Assembly: GCF_900289195.1 (NCBI RefSeq)
Contig: NZ_OMOH01000004.1
Coordinates: forward strand, 120,001-152,000
Reading direction: 5' to 3'
Origin: Propionibacterium ruminifibrarum
GTDB taxonomy: Bacteria; Actinomycetota; Actinomycetes; Propionibacteriales; Propionibacteriaceae
DNA: 32,000 nucleotides
Numbering within the stretch: position 1 is the first letter of the stretch; each line of letters opens with the position of its first letter. The translations under genes were made by a program, and so were the position numbers. Below the pieces are notes generated by a model, which was not told the origin of the DNA, did not search any database, and worked only from the letters and a program-made list of their open reading frames with translations. Below, in pieces: positions 30,094-32,000 of the stretch.

Positions 30094-30245
30094 CCACCCC
30101 CGCGGGGCGCCGGGCGGCCCTCCACTGCGACCCGGTCATGGCCTGCTGGTGGACCGCGCCCCAGCGGGGCACGGGGCGGCCCTCCACTGGGACCCGGTCA
30201 TGGCCTGCTGGTGGACCGCACCCCCGCGGGGCGCGGGGCGGCCGG
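30094..30245. repeat. 62-bp tandem direct repeat, about 2.4 copies
   Basis: The units begin at 30112, 30174 and 30236 (GGGCGGCCCTCCACTG(C/G)GACCCGGTCATGGCCTGCTGGTGGACCGC...) and are near-identical. Each unit boundary carries CCCCGCGGGG (30098-30107 and 30222-30231) or a degenerate CCCCAGCGGGG (30159-30169). Confidence 0.85.
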
Positions 30246-30421
30246 AGGCAGCTGCTCAGCCGGCGCCGGCCGCGCCCCGGTCGGATGAGGGGCCTGGCGC
30301 ACAACGACGCCCCGTCCGACCGCGGAACGCCGCGCAGCTGTCGTCGGCGCCGAGGCGTGGCACGATGTCGAGCACGAAGGCATCACGGCCGTGCGTGGCG
30401 CACCCGGGATGGAGGAATGCC

Positions 30422-30862
30422 ATGACGGATCCCTGGCACCTGTACGAACGTCTCGTAGACGGGGTGCCCGCCGGTATCACGGTGACGCGGGCGCTGGTGA
30501 ACCGCTGGACCGTGGTCGGCACCGATGACGGCACGATGGGTGTCGCCATGACCTGCCGCGGTGGGCCCCGGCTCCCCGAGCCGGTGATCGTGGGCGCCGA
30601 GCTGCGCGAGGTGGCCGCGCTCGTGACGAGCTGGGACCTGCGGCTGGCGAGCCTGGGCGTGGCCGCGCTCAACGCCTGGTATGCCCAGCCGGCGCGCCTG
30701 GAGGGTCTGGCGGGGCTGGTCTGGGACGAGCAGGCGGACTGGGCGGCCCGGCTCGCGCCGCACCTGGGAGCCAAACCGAGTGCGGTCGTCGGGCACTTCC
30801 CGGTCGCCCGGCGGTTCGCCTCGCCCTGCCCCAGGCTTCGTCCTGCGGTCTTCGTGAAATGA
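30422..30862 (+). pseudogene. DUF4213/DUF364-type (putative metal-chelation/Rossmann) gene, C-terminally truncated
   Basis: After the SD ggagga, the ATG at 30422 opens MTDPWHLYERLVDGVP...WTVVGTDDGTMGVAMT...SLGVAALNAWY...VVGHFP, which is the N-terminal DUF4213 pattern. The reading frame stops about 20 aa after GHFP. Family members continue with about 110 aa of Rossmann-like domain. Confidence 0.55.
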
Positions 30863-30880
30863 CGCACAAGAAACGCGGGG

Positions 30881-31802
30881 CTATGCCGCCGAGGCGGTAC
30901 GGCAGCGGGGGCAGCGGGCGAGCCGGCCCGACCAGCCCTTGCGATGCAGCACCGCGGCGATCTGCGCCGCGACGTCACAGGGTCGCCCAACCACATCGGC
31001 CCAGCCATAGCGGAGCGTCTCGATGCCCAGCTCCGCTGCACTGAAGTTGTCGCGTTCCATGTCACGGAACCGGCGGTCCTTGTGATAGCGCTCACCGTCC
31101 AGTTCGACTGCGAGCCCGAACCACGGCCAGTAGCAGTCGAGCCGCGCGAAGAAGAACGGGACCTGCCGCAGCGGGCGCACGAGCTGGTGGGCCTCCACCA
31201 CGTCCTTCGCGAAGCGGAGCTCCAGCGGGCTGTCGACCCCCACCAGGTCAGTGCACAACTCGGTGATGAGCCGTCGATGACTCACCCTTGCCCTGCGGTC
31301 CATTGCCTCGAGAAGCCGCTCGCGGGTCGTCGCCCTCGACCGCATGACCTGTCCCAGGACGTCGATGACCTCCCCCCTGCGAGGCGCCGCGGGCCAGATC
31401 GAGGATGCTGTCCTCCGGGTAGGTGCGCACCGGGTGTCCATGAGCGGGACGCGATCCCTCACGGAAGACGACCCCCGGGCAGTGCGCCCGCCTGGCCGTG
31501 TGGGTGCGCCAGATGAGGATCGACGCCGGCTCGTCGCTGAGCGCGCCGTCCAGGTAGAGGGCGGCGGCCCCGCCGATCACCGCGTCGCCGCGGCAGCACA
31601 GCACTCCGGCCCAGACCCGGGACCGCCACGTGGGCTCCTTGATGCAGTAGACGCCGCGGGCGAGGGTCACCCAGCCGCGCGCCAGGCCTCGCGTCTGCTC
31701 GGCGCTGAGCCCGGCGGCGAGGCACTGCCGGCGGGTGAGGCACCCGCCCTGTGCGTTGGCGAGGGAGATGAGGCGGGCTGGTGGGGTGGCGTGGCGTCGC
31801 AT
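30881..31802 (-). pseudogene. DUF559 (Vsr-like endonuclease domain) protein, frameshifted
   Basis: The N-terminal part sits in ORF 31248-31802 (LTRRQCLAAGLS...GVYC...PEDSILDLA). The C-terminal part sits in ORF 30881-31462 (EVIDVLGQVMRSRATTRERL...AVELDGERYHKDRRFRDMERDNFSAAELGIETLRYGW). The two frames join if one G of the G6 run (plus-strand C6 at 31372-31377) is removed. Confidence 0.75.
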
Positions 31803-32000
31803 GCACGTACTGTGTCCAGGACGGATCCCGCCCGATCAGGCGGCACCGCCCTGTGTACAGCGGTCGCACCGCGCTCTCACTCTGCGGTTCTCGTGTGTCA
31901 TTCCACGACGACCGCAGGACGATTATCGCGAAGCTCGCGGGACGAACCTCGGACAGGCTCCGCACCGGCGGCAGCCGCGTCCCGCACCCCACCTCACCCT

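Noticed and set aside
29455-30421. Long + strand ORFs (29455-30288 and the 5' part of 29741-30862) covering the dnaK upstream region, the antisense of the split-barrel gene, and the tandem repeat
   Set aside because: They are Arg/Gly/Pro-rich and run through the 62-bp repeat and antisense to a better-supported gene. The only credible start with an SD is ATG 30422.
31459-31992. 177-aa - strand ORF at the window end
   Set aside because: It overlaps the DUF559 N-terminal part in another frame and is Arg/Pro-rich. The DUF559 frame has recognisable family features.

Overview
This is a high-GC actinobacterial chromosomal segment. The gene order dnaK-grpE-dnaJ-hspR and the HspR-type inverted repeats suggest a Propionibacteriales-like genome, but the taxon is not proven. 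Most of the window is recognisable housekeeping. It holds a partial SAM methyltransferase, a sortase-like protein, a Tap-type lipoprotein peptidase and a spermidine-synthase-like protein. It also holds clpB, a rhodanese sulfurtransferase, a fruR-fruK-fruA fructose-PTS operon and an AspT/YidE-family transporter. Further on are a lipoprotein, an APC permease, a mannitol-type PTS EIICBA coupled to a zinc dehydrogenase, and the complete HspR heat-shock operon with its operators. I saw no rRNA, tRNA, CRISPR array, transposase or integrase. The least ordinary part is 20.5-24.7 kb. It starts with an ~830-bp non-coding tract carrying a degenerate 60-bp periodic repeat. A visibly lower-GC four-gene islet follows: a carrier-less stand-alone NRPS-type adenylation enzyme tightly coupled to a GNAT acyltransferase, then an overlapping HxlR regulator/esterase pair. 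Other oddities are a sortase homologue whose catalytic His and Cys are both substituted, a 62-bp tandem repeat with CCCCGCGGGG palindromes, a truncated DUF4213-type gene, and a DUF559 gene frameshifted at a C6/G6 tract. All functional calls rest on motif recognition by eye; no database searches were run.
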